In this document: positions 35,517-36,346 of the stretch, one piece after another | Position numbering within the stretch: position 1 is the first letter of the stretch | Layout of the letters: each line of letters begins with the position of its first letter | Notes under the pieces: model-generated | What the model was told of the DNA's origin: nothing | What the model saw: only the letters and a program-made list of their open reading frames with translations | The model's database searches: none | Program-made: the position numbers and the translations under genes | IMG/VR virus record: IMGVR_UViG_3300033489_000034 | Coordinates: 1-36,346 of that record | Source: a virus | Taxonomy: Duplodnaviria > Caudoviricetes | Direction: 5' to 3' (one strand) | DNA: 36,346 nt

Positions 35517-35804
35517 GACTGCTCAGCCAGCGCCGCGTTAACCCTGATCTCCGTCTCCGCAGCGAAATCCCCGACGATCGCGATCGCGCCGACCTGCATC
35601 ATCCCGTTACGGTTCACCCACGGGACGCGGTGCGTGGCCCGCCACGCCGCAGCGGACACCTGCTGACGTTTCACCGCAGGCAGCCGGAGCAGGGCGCGGC
35701 AGCGGCGACCGTACTCGTCCTGACGGTCTGCGCCCTCGCCGAGATGCTCATCGGTGTACTCGGGCAGACCGGGGGGGCGTCTCGGCGTTCGGCTGGTCGG
35801 TCAC
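35513..35804 (-). pseudogene. Hypothetical gene frameshifted at a C7 tract
   Basis: GAGGAGGAG RBS plus GTG 35804; removing one C at 35771-35777 gives a 96-aa ORF with normal codon usage. Confidence 0.5.
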
Positions 35805-35835
35805 TGCTCCTCCTCGGATCGTGCTGTCGTCTGTG

Positions 35836-35892
35836 CGGGATGCCCCGGGATCGAACCGGGGGGCCGGTACCGGACCGCCTCCATGCCATCCC
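35836..35892 (-). ncRNA. Truncated tRNA-like element (acceptor stem plus T-arm)
   Basis: GGGATG/CATCCC stem, CCCGG-TTCGATC-CCGGG T-arm; no D-arm or 7-nt anticodon loop; no CCA. Confidence 0.6.
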
Positions 35893-35966
35893 TACCAGCC
35901 ACCTGTCCCACCTGTGTTGCTCAGGTCCCGGTGGCCCGGATCCCTCACTCCTACCCCTGCGCGCCG

Positions 35967-36008
35967 GACCATCCCGGATCAATCTCGGATCAATCTCGGG
36001 TACGTCAA
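35967..36008 (-). repeat. 11-bp tandem direct repeats next to a TTGACG box
   Basis: CCGAGATTGAT twice (35978-35999) plus a degenerate third copy; TTGACG at 36008-36003. Confidence 0.6.
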
Positions 36009-36044
36009 TGGCCAGGAGTACGGCGGTCTATGGAGTTGTGGCGG

Positions 36045-36089
36045 GTGGTGGGGTCGGGGACTAGGGGGGTGTCGACCCGACCCCACCAC
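36045..36089. terminator. 14-bp perfect inverted repeat after the Ala-repeat gene
   Basis: GTGGTGGGGTCGGG/CCCGACCCCACCAC. Confidence 0.55.
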
Positions 36090-36099
36090 GTGCGGGGGG

Positions 36100-36346
36100 T
36101 CAGCGGATGTCGGCGTCGTCCGGGTGGACGGGCCCGATCACCTTCCGCCACGGACCGGTGAGCAGGTCGTACTGCTCCTGGGTGAAGCCGTCGTCGCTGA
36201 TGAGGTCACGGACGGTCAGTGCCCTGGCGGCGTCCCTGGCGGCGTCCCTGGCGGCGTCCCTGGCGGCGTCCCTGGCGGCGTCCCTGGCGGCGGCCCTGGC
36301 GGCGTCCCAGGCGGCGTCCCTGGCGGCGGCCCTGGCGGCGTCCCTG
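36100..36346 (-). CDS. Ala-rich tetrapeptide-repeat protein, C-terminal part
   Basis: (R/W)(D/A)AA repeats, then ALTVRDLI..YDLLTGPWRKVIGPVHPDD*, a pattern seen in actinophage proteins. Confidence 0.8.
   Translation of the reverse strand, partial: RDAARAAARDAAWDAARAAARDAARDAARDAARDAARDAARALTVRDLISDDGFTQEQYDLLTGPWRKVIGPVHPDDADIR
36221..36346. repeat. 12-bp coding tandem repeat
   Basis: About 10 copies of GGCGGCGTCCCT with minor variants. Confidence 0.9.

Noticed and set aside
35836-35892. Functional tRNA gene
   Set aside because: Only 57 nt; no D-arm, no 7-nt anticodon loop, no CCA. Kept only as tRNA-like.
1-36346. Many long plus-strand and alternate-frame ORFs (e.g. 980-2740, 4399-5472, 18841-19938, 28359-29957)
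   Set aside because: Shadow ORFs of high-GC minus-strand genes; Arg/Pro/Gly-rich, with no motifs or RBS.
36221-36346. Possible CRISPR array or DGR repeat
   Set aside because: Contiguous in-frame coding units with no spacers; no cas or reverse transcriptase gene in the window.
1-36346. Integrase, att sites, lysis or replication genes
   Set aside because: None recognised, so free phage versus prophage and lifestyle cannot be determined from this window.

Overview
High-GC (~70%) tailed phage or prophage DNA, most likely an actinobacterial siphovirus, with almost all genes on the minus strand. In transcription order (right to left): an accessory region (Ala-repeat protein, a truncated tRNA-like element, DUF5131, YdjM-like hydrolase, AlpA-like HTH); a sugar-modification operon (CgeB-like GT, FkbM methyltransferase, exostosin/GT47+GT-A fusion, GT4-like GT); small membrane proteins; a Zn/HTH regulator; a probably autoregulated GNAT-HTH-MucR cassette; a structured leader; a papain-like lipoprotein; then terS-HNH-terL-portal-scaffold-major capsid, a glycosyltransferase fused to a head-region protein, a displaced MuF-like minor capsid protein, head-tail connectors, a fibre-anchored SGNH esterase, an inverted HNH, tail terminator, tail tube, frameshifted tail chaperones, tape measure with an NlpC/P60 domain, Dit and minor tail genes. 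The best candidate system is a virion-glycosylation apparatus: five GT domains plus a methyltransferase, one GT directly behind the capsid gene, and capsid and tail-tube proteins that both end in Ser. All family calls come from motif recognition by eye; no database search was run. Several starts are adjusted from the ORF track using RBS and overlap evidence.
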